Origin: an uncultured bacterium
GTDB taxonomy: Bacteria > Chloroflexota > UBA5177 > JANWHV01
DNA: 64,000 nt
Direction of reading: 5' to 3'
Assembly (NCBI GenBank): GCA_963827235.1
Contig: CAWHAE010000020.1
Location: 128,001-192,000 of the forward strand
Positions 29,648 through 39,515 of this stretch are shown here, piece by piece; position 1 is the first letter of the stretch, and every line of letters begins with the position of its first letter. A program made the translations under genes and the position numbers. The notes under the pieces were generated by a model. The model ran no database searches and was not told the origin of the DNA. It saw only the letters and a program-made list of their open reading frames with translations.

Positions 29648-31084
29648 TCATGAGGCTGCTGCGGATGCGGCAAACGCGATCAGGTGGGTTCGTGTGAGCT
29701 TCGCGCCGGCGGTGTAGCGGAAACCGCCCGCGTCCCAGGTGATGGTGCTCTCCGCGCACGAAGCGCCGCACTGCCCCAGCCGGAAATAGCCGGTCACGCT
29801 GTCGGTGAGCTTGATCGGGCTGCCCGCCGGCTTGCCTGTGCCCGGGGCTCGCACGCCCTCCAGGTCCGCGTAGTGACAGGCGTCCGCACCATTACACGTC
29901 GCGCTGAAGTCCACCTCGATCATGTAATGGCCCGGCTTGGCTATGCTCAGCGTGGCGTACAGGTGAGTGCTCGTCAGCTCGGGGAAGATGGTCGGGAGCT
30001 GCGCCGGCACTTTGGTGGTCGCCAGGCGGGGCAGCAGGCTCCGGAACAGTGGCGCCGCCGCACTCGAGGCGCTACCCGACGTGCCGCTGCCCGTGGTAAC
30101 CACCGTGCCCTGCGCCCCAACGGCGATGCACTCGGCGGCACTGACACAACTGATGTTGGTCAGGCTGGCCGTCGTATCCGATTGCTTTGCCGTCCATGTC
30201 TTGCCACCGTCCGCCGTCGCCACGATGCTGCCGCCGTCCCCTACCGCGTAGCAGATCTCGGCTGTAGGGCAGTCGATGCGCACGAGATACCCGCCGGAAG
30301 GCGGCGCGGTCCGCACAGGCGACCATTTGGCGCCGCCGCTATGGCTGGTCAGAATGTCACCGGATTCTCCCACTGCATAGCATGTGGAGGCAGCCGTGCA
30401 GTCGATGCCGGCGAGCCGGCTCTGGAAGCTCAACGCGATCTTGTGCCACGACGCTCCGCCATTGCGCGTTGCCAGGATAGTGCCGCTGTCGCCCACGGCG
30501 TAGCAGAGCGAAGTGCCGGCGCAGCTAACGTCATGCAGATCGGTCGTGGTACCCGACTTCTGCATCGTCCACTTGGCGCCGCCGTTGGTCGTGGCCAGTA
30601 TAGTACCGTTCTGCCCCACGGCAAAGCAGTCCTGCCCGTTCACGCAGCGCACGCTGGATAATCCGCTCACCGTGTCGCTCTCCAGCGACCACTTGGCACC
30701 GCCGTTCGTGGTGACCTGGATGACGCCGGCGTCGGTATCCGGGTTGAAACCGACGACGATGCACCGCTTGGCCAGCGGGCAGCTTATTCCATAGAGCCCT
30801 CCCTTCGTGCCGGGCCTCTGCGCGATCCACGACGTGCCGCCGGTAGTGGTAGCAAGGATCGTGCTCGCGCTGCCCACCGCGATGCAGTTCGTGGCGCTCC
30901 AGCAGCTTATGCTCAGCAGATTCGCGCTTGACGCGGGACTCTGCAGCACCCAGCCGGCGCTCGCCGGCGCCGCGCTCGCGGCCTGTGCTGCACCGCCCGG
31001 CGCGTGCAGTCCCGCAAGGCCGGCGACCAGTAGAATGGCGGCGATTCCACGCCGCAGAGACGGCATGCAGACGTTCATGCTCAC
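29648..31084 (-). CDS. Secreted Asp-box beta-propeller with C-terminal Cys-rich domain
   Basis: Signal peptide; seven C-x5-C blades with T-x-N/D-GG-x-x-W; Ser/Gly linker; C-terminal ~130 aa paralogous to 31274..31831. Confidence 0.8.
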   Translation of the reverse strand: MSMNVCMPSLRRGIAAILLVAGLAGLHAPGGAAQAASAAPASAGWVLQSPASSANLLSISCWSATNCIAVGSASTILATTTGGTSWIAQRPGTKGGLYGISCPLAKRCIVVGFNPDTDAGVIQVTTNGGAKWSLESDTVSGLSSVRCVNGQDCFAVGQNGTILATTNGGAKWTMQKSGTTTDLHDVSCAGTSLCYAVGDSGTILATRNGGASWHKIALSFQSRLAGIDCTAASTCYAVGESGDILTSHSGGAKWSPVRTAPPSGGYLVRIDCPTAEICYAVGDGGSIVATADGGKTWTAKQSDTTASLTNISCVSAAECIAVGAQGTVVTTGSGTSGSASSAAAPLFRSLLPRLATTKVPAQLPTIFPELTSTHLYATLSIAKPGHYMIEVDFSATCNGADACHYADLEGVRAPGTGKPAGSPIKLTDSVTGYFRLGQCGASCAESTITWDAGGFRYTAGAKLTRTHLIAFAASAAAS

Positions 31085-31273
31085 ACTTTCACCTCTTGAG
31101 ACTTGTTGCCGGCGTCTAGCCGGCCGGTGTCAGATCAGCGACCAATCATTACAGTTGGACGGCTCGTTCGGCCACCCCGCGCAGGGATGTGATGCGTCCG
31201 CCCGCCTTCGAAGCGCCGAGCCTGTGCTACACGGCTCCTCTCGCCGGCACGCGACTCACTGCCGGGTGCGTGC

Positions 31274-31831
31274 TCAGCGACTTGCAGCTGCCGTGTGGGC
31301 GCCGGCGCCGACTGCCGACCTGGCGAACGCGATCAGGTCTCGCTCGCTCAGCTTGGCGCCGGAGCTGTAGCGGGCATGGCCGCTGTCCCAGGTGATGGTG
31401 TCCAGCAGGCAGTAGGCTCGGCAGCTTCCGCGCACGTAGTAGCCGGTGACGTTGTGCCCGAGATCCACGCGGGTTCCCGACGGGGTCTTCATGCCCGCCG
31501 CGCGCAGCCGGCCTTCGAGCTGGCCGTAGGCGCAGGCGTTCTCGCCCCGGCAGCTCGATGTGAAGCCTATGTAGACCAGGTAGTGACCCGGAATCGCCTG
31601 CCCTACGGCGGCGTATAGGTGGGACGTAGTGGCCTCTGGGAAGACTGACGGTAGGTATACCGGAACCTTGGTCCTCTCCAGCGTCGGCAACAGCGATTGG
31701 AACACGGGGCTTACCGCCGGGCCTTTGCCCGCCGCGTTTGCCACCGTGTATCGACTTGTCGTGATCAGGACGACGCCACATGCACAACTCACACACAGTC
31801 TGACCAGGGCTCGGAACCTCATGCCGCGCAC
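31274..31831 (-). CDS. Secreted hypothetical protein (stand-alone copy of the neighbouring C-terminal domain)
   Basis: Aligns by eye with the tail of 29648..31084 (TKVP..LP..FPE, HLYA, PGHY, C.G..AC, VTGY, C...C, TITWD.G..RY..GAKL). Start uncertain. Confidence 0.72.
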   Translation of the reverse strand: MRGMRFRALVRLCVSCACGVVLITTSRYTVANAAGKGPAVSPVFQSLLPTLERTKVPVYLPSVFPEATTSHLYAAVGQAIPGHYLVYIGFTSSCRGENACAYGQLEGRLRAAGMKTPSGTRVDLGHNVTGYYVRGSCRAYCLLDTITWDSGHARYSSGAKLSERDLIAFARSAVGAGAHTAAASR

Positions 31832-31954
31832 GATTCACTCTTTCTGTACAAAGTCTCGCTCCAGCACTGCGCCGCAGCGAAGCATACTATCTATCCTAAC
31901 GGATAACCAACACGTTCCGTAACGCCTCTGACGGTGCTTGGTCACGCGGGCTGG

Positions 31955-32851
31955 TCACGCGCGGGTAGTGCCGGCGGCCAGCAACATCGCACGGAAGGCG
32001 CGTGCCGCCGGCGACGGCGTGCGCCCTCGAATCGTCACCAGGCGGAACGTGCGCCTCAAATCCAGGTCCGCGACCTCGGCCGTGGCGAGGCGCCCTTCCG
32101 CAACCGGCCGCTCGACAACCAACCGCGAGAGAATCGTCACGCCAAGCCCCGCCTCCACGGCACGCGACACGCCTTCTCCACTCGGCAGCTCCAGTGCCAC
32201 GGGCGGGTACACGCCGGCGCCGGCCAGGGCAGCCTCCGCGATTGCCCGTGTGCCCGACCCCTCCTCGCGCCACACGAAAGGCTGCCGTTCGAGGTCTATG
32301 GCCGCGATGCGCCTGTTCGCGAAGGGGTGCTGCGGCGGTACTACGAGCACCAGCAGGTCGGGCTGAAATACCTCGATCGCCAGTCGCTGGTCGGTCAGCG
32401 GGCCCTCCACCAGGGCGAGGCTGAGATTCCCGCCGCGGATCCGTTACGCCATTGCCACCGTGTTGGCTATCTCCACGTGCACCCGCACGCCCGGGTTGCT
32501 CTCTGCAAAGCGCGCCAAGAGCCCAGGCAGTACGTAGCTGCCGATTGTCAGCGTGGCGCCGACGTGCAGATCGCCGCTGCGCGCGGCGGCGAACTCTTTC
32601 ATCTCGCGTTCCAGGGCAGCCATCGTGCCGAGCACGTCGCCGGCACGCGCCGCCAGAAACGCACCGCCTTCGGTGAGGATCGGACGCTTTCGCACCACGT
32701 CGACCAGTTTCACGCCGAACTGTCGCTCCAGCGCTCGTACCTGTTGGCCTACGCCGGGCTGCGTCAGGTGCAGCTCTTCCGCTACCCGAGTGTAGTTTTG
32801 CAGTTCGGCTACCCGCACGAAGGTGTCCAGTTGCACCAGCGTCGCGCTCAT
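31955..32851 (-). pseudogene. LysR family regulator (CysL/YeiE-like) interrupted by an in-frame TAA
   Basis: HTH half 32444..32851 (AEELHLTQPGVGQQVRALE) continues in frame through TAA 32444-32446 into RIRGGNLSLALVEG...REEGSGTR. Confidence 0.85.
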
Positions 32852-33069
32852 CCAAAGTCCCGCTTTCTATAACCGCATCCAAAGGCAATCTGGAATTATG
32901 GTAGCGGCGCGGACTCCGGACCGCAGTGCACTGCCGGCGCGCCCGCAGCGGCGTGCCGCGTTCCGGCCTGCCGTTAGCGGCGTGTTTGTTAGACCGAGTA
33001 TCTGGCTTGCCGGCGGGCCTGTCTGGTGCTCTCCGTCCCCTGTCGCGCATGCCGGTCGGCCGCCCCCAG

Positions 33070-35169
33070 CTAACTGGCCACGGCGACGGCCGCCGGAAGC
33101 CGCAACAGGAAGACGCTTCCGGACGGCCCGCTGCTCTCCAGATCGAGCTCGCCGCCCATGGCTCGGGCCATGTCCCGACCCAGGTAGAGCCCCAGGCCGG
33201 TACCCACGTGTCCCGACCGCACCTGGCTGCCCGGCACTCTGCCGAAGCGCGTGAAAAGGCGGTCTCGGCTCGCCTCCGGTATGCCAGCGCCTCTGTCTGC
33301 CACCTGGATCACCACGCCGTTTCCGTCGAGGCGCCATGTCACGGTGATGGAGGCTCCCTGGGGAGAGTACTTGGCCGCGTTGTCGAGCAGATTGGCGAGG
33401 ATCTGCGTTGCCCGATCCAGGTCGGCCAGTACGTACAGGTCCGGTGCGCCTGCCAGATCGAAGTGCTGGCCGGTGTACGTGCCGCGGACCTCATCCGCCA
33501 CGCGATCGACCAGATCGGCGACACAGACCGGTTCGATGCGCGGCGTCGAGCCCTGCGCTTCCAGTCGTGAGAGGAGCAACAGATCGCCCACCAGCCGCTT
33601 CTGTCGGTTGGCCGATGCCACGATGCGCCCCAGTCGATCCAGGCGCTGAGTATCGTCGAGCCGCTGCCAATGCGCTTGCAGGAGCTCGCCGTACCCCACG
33701 ATAGCGGTCAACGGAGTGCGCAGCTCGTGGCTCACCGAGGCCACGAAGTCGCTGCGAAGTTGCGCAAGCTCGACGGCGGCCTGGCGAGCCCGCTCCGCTA
33801 CTCGCTGGGCATTCACTCGTTCGGTGACGTTCACGGCCACACCCGTCCCGGCGCCCGACGCATCGCTCATGCTGGCTGGCGACCACCAAACCTCGAACAC
33901 CTGATCGTGGAGCTCCACCGTGGTCGACAGAGCCTCGCCGGCGCGGACCCGTTCCCATGTGCCCGGCCTGGCTTCCACGTCGCGCAGCCATGCCTGGATG
34001 GACCGGCCGACGACCGATCGCTGCTCATCGTCCAGCGTGAAGCGCGTACCGCCCTCGGACAGGCTGAATACGCCCTGCCGGTCGAGCTCAAAGAGGAGAA
34101 TCGGCGCATGCGAGATCACGGCGCGGAGGTGAGCTTCGCTGGCCTGAAGCGCTTCCTCTGCCGCCTTGCGCGTGGTGACGTCGTGACAGGTCATGACGAA
34201 ACCTCGAATCAGCGGGTCCTGCAGCTGGCTCACAGAAGTAACCGAGAGCCACATACAGCTGCCGTTCGAGTGGCGCACCCGGTATTCACTCTCGGAGGGA
34301 TCGTCGGCACGGGCAATGTATTGCGCCAGCGCGGCGCGCGCGGCATCCTGATCTGCAGGATCGATGTAATCGATCACGCTATGGCCCACGGCGTCCGCAC
34401 ACCGGTAGCCCAGCAGACGCTCGAACGTGGGACTGGCGTAGCGGATGATGGACTGCGCGTCCAGGAAGATCACCACGTCGGCGCCGTGCTCCGCCATGGC
34501 GCGGTGCCTGTGATCTCGCGCGGCCATACCGATCTCGAGTCCGCCAATCACCAAAACTGCAAGCAGGACGACTATGACGAGGTTCCACGATGTCGCCTGC
34601 ATCCATCCCAGGGTCGAGTTGCCCGTCTGGGCGACCGCCGCTTCATCCATGGTGGAGAGATCGCTGAGTGCCTGCACCAGTGGCAGAATCGTATTGGCGC
34701 TGGTCGCGTGCAGGAGCCTCTGGTAGGCGGGTCGGCTCATCGACGTCTGATTCAGTGCGCCGGCAAGTCCGGACAGTGCCAATCCTTGACGAAAAAGCTC
34801 GTTGACGCGCTTCAGCAGTATTGCCTGCGCTCCGGCATTCGCGCCGGAAGGTTGATAGTGCTGGAATTCGTGCCACGCGGCGAGGACCAGGCTCTGAATC
34901 CTGGGCAAGTCGACGTCGGTCCGGCGCGTTGCATTCGTGTCACTCAAGGCGACGAGGGCGTCGTAGTTGAGGTGCTCGATATCCTGCTCTGCGGCGAACA
35001 AGTGCACCAGCGAGGGCACGCTCGTCTTGGAGACCGAGCTGACCTTGCCGCCTGCCGTGTGAAGGCCGACCAGTCCGGTGACTGCAATCAGGCCGGCCAG
35101 AACTAGGGTTAGCAGCAGCTGCAGCACGAGTCTCGGCGACCGGCTGATGTAGCGGATGTACGCCATCAT
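33070..35169 (-). CDS. Membrane sensor histidine kinase with PAS domains
   Basis: Two TM helices flanking a helical sensor; two PAS-like domains; VSHELRTPLT, NLLDNAAKYS, DRGAGI, GTGLGL. Confidence 0.93.
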   Translation of the reverse strand: MMAYIRYISRSPRLVLQLLLTLVLAGLIAVTGLVGLHTAGGKVSSVSKTSVPSLVHLFAAEQDIEHLNYDALVALSDTNATRRTDVDLPRIQSLVLAAWHEFQHYQPSGANAGAQAILLKRVNELFRQGLALSGLAGALNQTSMSRPAYQRLLHATSANTILPLVQALSDLSTMDEAAVAQTGNSTLGWMQATSWNLVIVVLLAVLVIGGLEIGMAARDHRHRAMAEHGADVVIFLDAQSIIRYASPTFERLLGYRCADAVGHSVIDYIDPADQDAARAALAQYIARADDPSESEYRVRHSNGSCMWLSVTSVSQLQDPLIRGFVMTCHDVTTRKAAEEALQASEAHLRAVISHAPILLFELDRQGVFSLSEGGTRFTLDDEQRSVVGRSIQAWLRDVEARPGTWERVRAGEALSTTVELHDQVFEVWWSPASMSDASGAGTGVAVNVTERVNAQRVAERARQAAVELAQLRSDFVASVSHELRTPLTAIVGYGELLQAHWQRLDDTQRLDRLGRIVASANRQKRLVGDLLLLSRLEAQGSTPRIEPVCVADLVDRVADEVRGTYTGQHFDLAGAPDLYVLADLDRATQILANLLDNAAKYSPQGASITVTWRLDGNGVVIQVADRGAGIPEASRDRLFTRFGRVPGSQVRSGHVGTGLGLYLGRDMARAMGGELDLESSGPSGSVFLLRLPAAVAVAS

Positions 35170-35767
35170 CGGCTACGCTGCAGTGGCCGATGGCAGCAAG
35201 ACGTCACTGTGCGGATGGTACCCATGATCATTCCCCGGTCCATCGACGATGGAGCGGTCACGCTCTGGCCACCCCTTTGTCTCACTGGTACGTCACACCG
35301 CGTCGGATTGTTATGTCCGCGCCGGGCCTATTGCCTGCGGCCGATCATCCTGATTGTCCGTCCACTCCAATCCGTCTCGCCGCGAGCTCCCGCCAACACC
35401 GCGGCATCATGCAGCAATGCAGCTACCGGGAGCGCCCGCCGTGGCCGGCCGCGCCATCACTGCAACCATGATCTACCCATATTCCACCGGCAATCCATAC
35501 CGGGCTGGATTGGGCGCTCCGCGCGCATCACGTTAGCAGGTCGAAGGAGGCGGAGTCAATGCGACAAATGTCCCGGGCGGGCTGGCCGGCACGACGCAGC
35601 GGGCGAAACACGCACCTGGCCGTCATCCGGCGCCGGGACGATACATCGCCGCCTGATCTCGTTGATGGCCGAGGGCCGACCGTTCTCGCTCCGGCGCGGC
35701 GGCTGGCGAGCAGCCGACCTGCACCACGACGCCGGGTTCGGTAGCGTGCTGGGTTGTGGTCGAGAAG

Positions 35768-35983
35768 CTAGCCGACGAGCCGGCAATCGCCATCGCCGGC
35801 CGTAGCAGATGACGTGGTCACTTCGCCGGCGTAAAAGGCGCCGCCGTCCTCGGCGGCGAACTCCAACACAAGGCTCGCTGCCTTGAGGGCCAGATCGTGA
35901 GTGAGTGGATTGGCGACGCGGAAGCTGTCCATCAACAGTTCAGCTTCCTGTCTTGTAACGGCGAGGAACCGTACGTCGGCCAT
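35768..35983 (-). CDS. Small hypothetical protein (71 aa)
   Basis: ATG with GGAGG RBS at good spacing; protein-like composition unlike the Arg/Pro-rich shadow ORFs. Confidence 0.5.
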   Translation of the reverse strand: MADVRFLAVTRQEAELLMDSFRVANPLTHDLALKAASLVLEFAAEDGGAFYAGEVTTSSATAGDGDCRLVG

Positions 35984-36153
35984 GGGGCACCTCCGGGAAG
36001 AGGACGGTCATGCATCTGATGCCTATATTCTGATCGGTGTGTGGCAGTGTGGGAAGCCCCATCCGGGCCGTTCTGACGAGGTACTCGAATGGGTTATTCC
36101 GCGCCGCGGCGCTGCTCTCGCCGGCCGTGGTCGAAGCGCCTTGCGCCTGCCAA

Positions 36154-38196
36154 TCAACGATCGGAGCGAGCGGCGAGCCGGCCCGATCCACTCCAGCGAC
36201 CGCGTCTGCCGTTCGCCCCGTCGCGCTCGTTGCCGGTCTCGGCATCGTGCGAAGGCGTCGCGCCGGGCTCCTTGTTGCCCCGGCAGACGTTGGTCTCAAG
36301 CCGCGGTCGGGCTTGCTCGGCGACCAGTATCCCGAACTGCCCGTTGGCCGCGCAGGTGTTGCCGCGCGCTAGGCCGGCGCTGTTTCCGGAGTAGGCAATA
36401 CCGCTCTGAAGGTTGCTGCTGCAGGTGTTGGCCTCTACGGCCGGTCTGGCCTGCTCGTTGAGGTAGATTCCGTGGCGCTGGTTGGCAAGGCACGTGTTGC
36501 GGCGAGCCGCGCCGCCGCTACTGCCGCTGTAGGCTATGCCACTCCAGGTGTTGGCTCGGCAGGCATTTTCTTCCAGCACCGGCGTGGACTGCTCGGCCAG
36601 GTAGATGCCGTAATGCTCGTTGCCCGCGCACACGTTCCCTCGCGCCGATCCGCCGCTTCCACCGTGGTAGGCTATTCCGCTCCACGTGTTGCCCTGGCAG
36701 GAGTTGGATTCCAGGGCCGGCTTGGCCTGTTCGGCAACATAGATGCCGTAGTGCTCGTTACCCGCACAGGTGTTGCCTCGCGCTGTGCCTGTGCCGCTAC
36801 CGAGGTAGGCGATGCCGCTCCATGCGTTCCCCCGGCACGTATTGTCCTCGAGCGTGGGCCTGCACAGCTCATTCACATAGATGCCGTCCTGCTGGTTGCC
36901 TGCGCATGTGTTTCCACGCGCCGCGCCCGACGCAGCGGAGAAGTAGGCGATGCCCCGCCACTTGTTTCCCTGGCAGGTGTTGCTCTGCAGCAGGGGCGAG
37001 GCGCGCTCCGCCACGTAGATGCCGTGGTGCTCGTTCCCGGTACACGTGTTGTCTCGCGCGATGCCTCCGCCTGCGCCGTAGTAAGCGATGCCGCTCCACG
37101 TGTTGCCCTGGCAGATGTTGGAGTTAAGCTCCGGCTGGGCCCGCTCGCAGACGAGAATGCCGTCTGAGCCGTTCGTCTTGCACGCATTCCCGCGCGCGCG
37201 ACCGGCACTGTCGGCAAAGAAAGCGATGCCGCGCCACATGTTTCCCTGGCATGTGTTCTCGTCCAGTGTGGGAGTGGACCGCCCGGTCACCAGTATGCCG
37301 TGCTGCTGGTTCTCGGCGCAGACATTCGCCACGGCCATACCTGCGCTGTTGCCGCGGAACACGACCCCGCAGCCTCGATTCTCGATACAGTTGTTGCGCG
37401 CGAGCGAGGGACAGGCATCGTCGCCGACCTCTATGCCGGCGAAGTCGTTCTCTCTGCACGTGCAGTCCAGCACGCTTCCCCGCGAGTGCCCGAACAGGCG
37501 CACACCGGCACCGCTGCCCTCGGCCGCGCCGCGAACGCCTCCGGCAAAGATGCAGCGCGTGAAGCAGACTTCGCCGCCATCTACCGCGACGACGTCGGCT
37601 CCGACGGCCCCGTCATGGAAAAACGCCACGTCCTGCACCTCGAATGGTCCGGGCCCTGCCAAGCGAAGCACATGCCCTTCGCCGGCGCATGTGATTGAGG
37701 TCGACTTGGCGACGCCGATTAGCCTCACGGCCCGGGTCACCACCAGCGGACGTTCCAGGTGATACTCGCCGACCCCCAGTTCAATCACGGCGCCGTCCGG
37801 TGCTTGCGCCAGTATCTCCTCGAGGCTTTCGCCCTCCCGATCGCTGTCTGCTCGCACTGCGTAGCGAGGACCGGCCGCCAGCGCCCGTTGCCACGTCTCC
37901 ACCGCCCACATGGCCTTCTCCTGGTCCATGCCTTGGTTCCCGACCAGTCTGCTGGCCAGCATCTCGTGGAGCAGGCTCTCCGGCACACCCGCCGGCGGCT
38001 GCATCAGCTCGCTCGGCACGTGCTCGTCGATCGCCGCGACCAGAAGGTTGATTTCCAGCTTCCGTGGGCCACAAAGGTCGCGCAGAAGCGCTGCACACAA
38101 TCTGCGGTCGTTCGCTATCTCTCTTCCGCGTTCCTCGAGCAGTCTGCGCAAGCAGTACAGCGGCGTGGTGCTCGTTGCGACGGCGTCTCGATCCAT
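36154..38196 (-). CDS. Right-handed parallel beta-helix repeat protein with N-terminal ~90-aa helical domain
   Basis: About 16 N-x-C-x-x-N-x-x-x-G-I repeats of 23 aa; cap LEEILAQAPDGAVIELGVGEYHL; ATG 38196 is 8 bp after the kinase stop. Confidence 0.85.
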   Translation of the reverse strand: MDRDAVATSTTPLYCLRRLLEERGREIANDRRLCAALLRDLCGPRKLEINLLVAAIDEHVPSELMQPPAGVPESLLHEMLASRLVGNQGMDQEKAMWAVETWQRALAAGPRYAVRADSDREGESLEEILAQAPDGAVIELGVGEYHLERPLVVTRAVRLIGVAKSTSITCAGEGHVLRLAGPGPFEVQDVAFFHDGAVGADVVAVDGGEVCFTRCIFAGGVRGAAEGSGAGVRLFGHSRGSVLDCTCRENDFAGIEVGDDACPSLARNNCIENRGCGVVFRGNSAGMAVANVCAENQQHGILVTGRSTPTLDENTCQGNMWRGIAFFADSAGRARGNACKTNGSDGILVCERAQPELNSNICQGNTWSGIAYYGAGGGIARDNTCTGNEHHGIYVAERASPLLQSNTCQGNKWRGIAYFSAASGAARGNTCAGNQQDGIYVNELCRPTLEDNTCRGNAWSGIAYLGSGTGTARGNTCAGNEHYGIYVAEQAKPALESNSCQGNTWSGIAYHGGSGGSARGNVCAGNEHYGIYLAEQSTPVLEENACRANTWSGIAYSGSSGGAARRNTCLANQRHGIYLNEQARPAVEANTCSSNLQSGIAYSGNSAGLARGNTCAANGQFGILVAEQARPRLETNVCRGNKEPGATPSHDAETGNERDGANGRRGRWSGSGRLAARSDR
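36270..37460 (-). repeat. Intragenic tandem repeats, 69-bp unit alternating into a 138-bp (46-aa) super-repeat
   Basis: Alternating GIAY/F..S.G.ARGNTC.GN and GIYV.E.A.P.LE.NTC.GN units, about 8 pairs. Confidence 0.8.
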
Positions 38197-38204
38197 TCGG
38201 GACC

Positions 38205-39515
38205 CTAACCCTCTACTACAAGTGCCTGTCTGCCGCCGAAGTTGATGCGTACCCCCGAAGCAAGCGTGACGCTCTTTCCCGGCTCCACCCGATGCATCAC
38301 ACCGTCGCTCGAGGTGGCCGTCCACTCTCCGCCGCTCTGGTTGCGCAGGCCAAGCACGTCCGGATGAGCTGGATGCTGCACTACGGTAGCGACCGGATCC
38401 GTGAAGGCGAGACCGTTCAGACTATGCCGCTCCTCCACGTGGTGCGAGAAGAGCTGCGCGCCAACCGAGAGGGCCGGCTCCATGTCCGCGGCCAGGCGCA
38501 GGCGCAGTGGGTTGGTCAGGGCACGCCGGCACCAGACGCACGTAGGCGGTCCGCCCAGGAAGTTCTCGCGTCCGCACCCCTTGCAGGCGAATACTGCGTC
38601 GCGCAGGCGGATCATCCCGCCGCGCCACTGATTCTCGCGCACGCGCTTCTGTGGATCGCGGAGGCCTTCCGTGAACACCTGCGTGAACAGGTCGCGCAAG
38701 AACGGCGGATAGATCGGCCAGAAGATGAGTGCGTTGTCGTGCAGCCCCGGCACCGGCTCGTTCGATCGATCGCGACCGTCGAAGATGAACACTGGATCTT
38801 CGCCGTACAGCCGGCGCATGGCCGGTTGATCCATGCAGCGGATCGTGCTTTCCTTCCTGCCCTCCAGCGGATGGTGGATCATGAACAGGTAGAACAGGAG
38901 CACGGCAAGAGAGTAGAGATCGGTCTCCGTGCTCGGCCGGGCGATGCCGTCGCCGCGCGCTATCTCCGGCGCCATGAAGCGAGGTGTGCCCGCGACCCCC
39001 CCGGCTAGCCCGTCCACGCCGACGTTGTCGTTGTCGCAGATCAGCGTGCTGCCCGTGTCCGGCTCGAAGAAGACGTTGCCGAATGAGATGTCCCGATAGG
39101 CCAGGCCCTTCGCGTGCAGCTGGAAGAGGCTATCGGCGAGGTGGTACCCGGTCGTGGCAAGTGCGCGCCAGCTTGGGCGCACCTTCCGCGTCACGTGGTC
39201 GTTCATGCTTCTGTACTGCGCCGGCCTCAGGGGCATCAGATAGCCGAAACCTGACGCTGCCGGCGTTTCGACGACGCGAAGCGGCCAAAGAAACTTCTCG
39301 GTCGGGGAGCCGATCTGTACCAATACTTCGAGCGCTCGTCGCTGCTCGGCAGTCGCCGCGTGCCCAAAGTACCACTTGAGCGCCAGCTCGCGATCCGCGT
39401 GGCGGACCCGATAGACTTCTCCCTGTCCGCCGCCGCCCAAGAATGCATCGACCGTACACGCTACGTAGCCCGGTTGGAGGCCGATGGTCTTGCCAAGCGG
39501 CAGAAGTTGATTCAC
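38205..39515 (-). CDS. Ser/Thr protein kinase (TerY-P type) with zinc ribbon and C-terminal beta domain
   Basis: LGGGGQGEVY, ALKWY, YRDISFGN, CDNDN, GTPRFMAPE, HPLEG; CKGC...CVWC. Start GTG overlaps the PP2C stop (alternative start 39524). Confidence 0.9.
   Translation of the reverse strand: MNQLLPLGKTIGLQPGYVACTVDAFLGGGGQGEVYRVRHADRELALKWYFGHAATAEQRRALEVLVQIGSPTEKFLWPLRVVETPAASGFGYLMPLRPAQYRSMNDHVTRKVRPSWRALATTGYHLADSLFQLHAKGLAYRDISFGNVFFEPDTGSTLICDNDNVGVDGLAGGVAGTPRFMAPEIARGDGIARPSTETDLYSLAVLLFYLFMIHHPLEGRKESTIRCMDQPAMRRLYGEDPVFIFDGRDRSNEPVPGLHDNALIFWPIYPPFLRDLFTQVFTEGLRDPQKRVRENQWRGGMIRLRDAVFACKGCGRENFLGGPPTCVWCRRALTNPLRLRLAADMEPALSVGAQLFSHHVEERHSLNGLAFTDPVATVVQHPAHPDVLGLRNQSGGEWTATSSDGVMHRVEPGKSVTLASGVRINFGGRQALVVEG

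Noticed and set aside
36270-37460. CRISPR or DGR template/variable repeats
   Set aside because: In-frame protein repeats; no reverse transcriptase and no adenine-specific differences seen.
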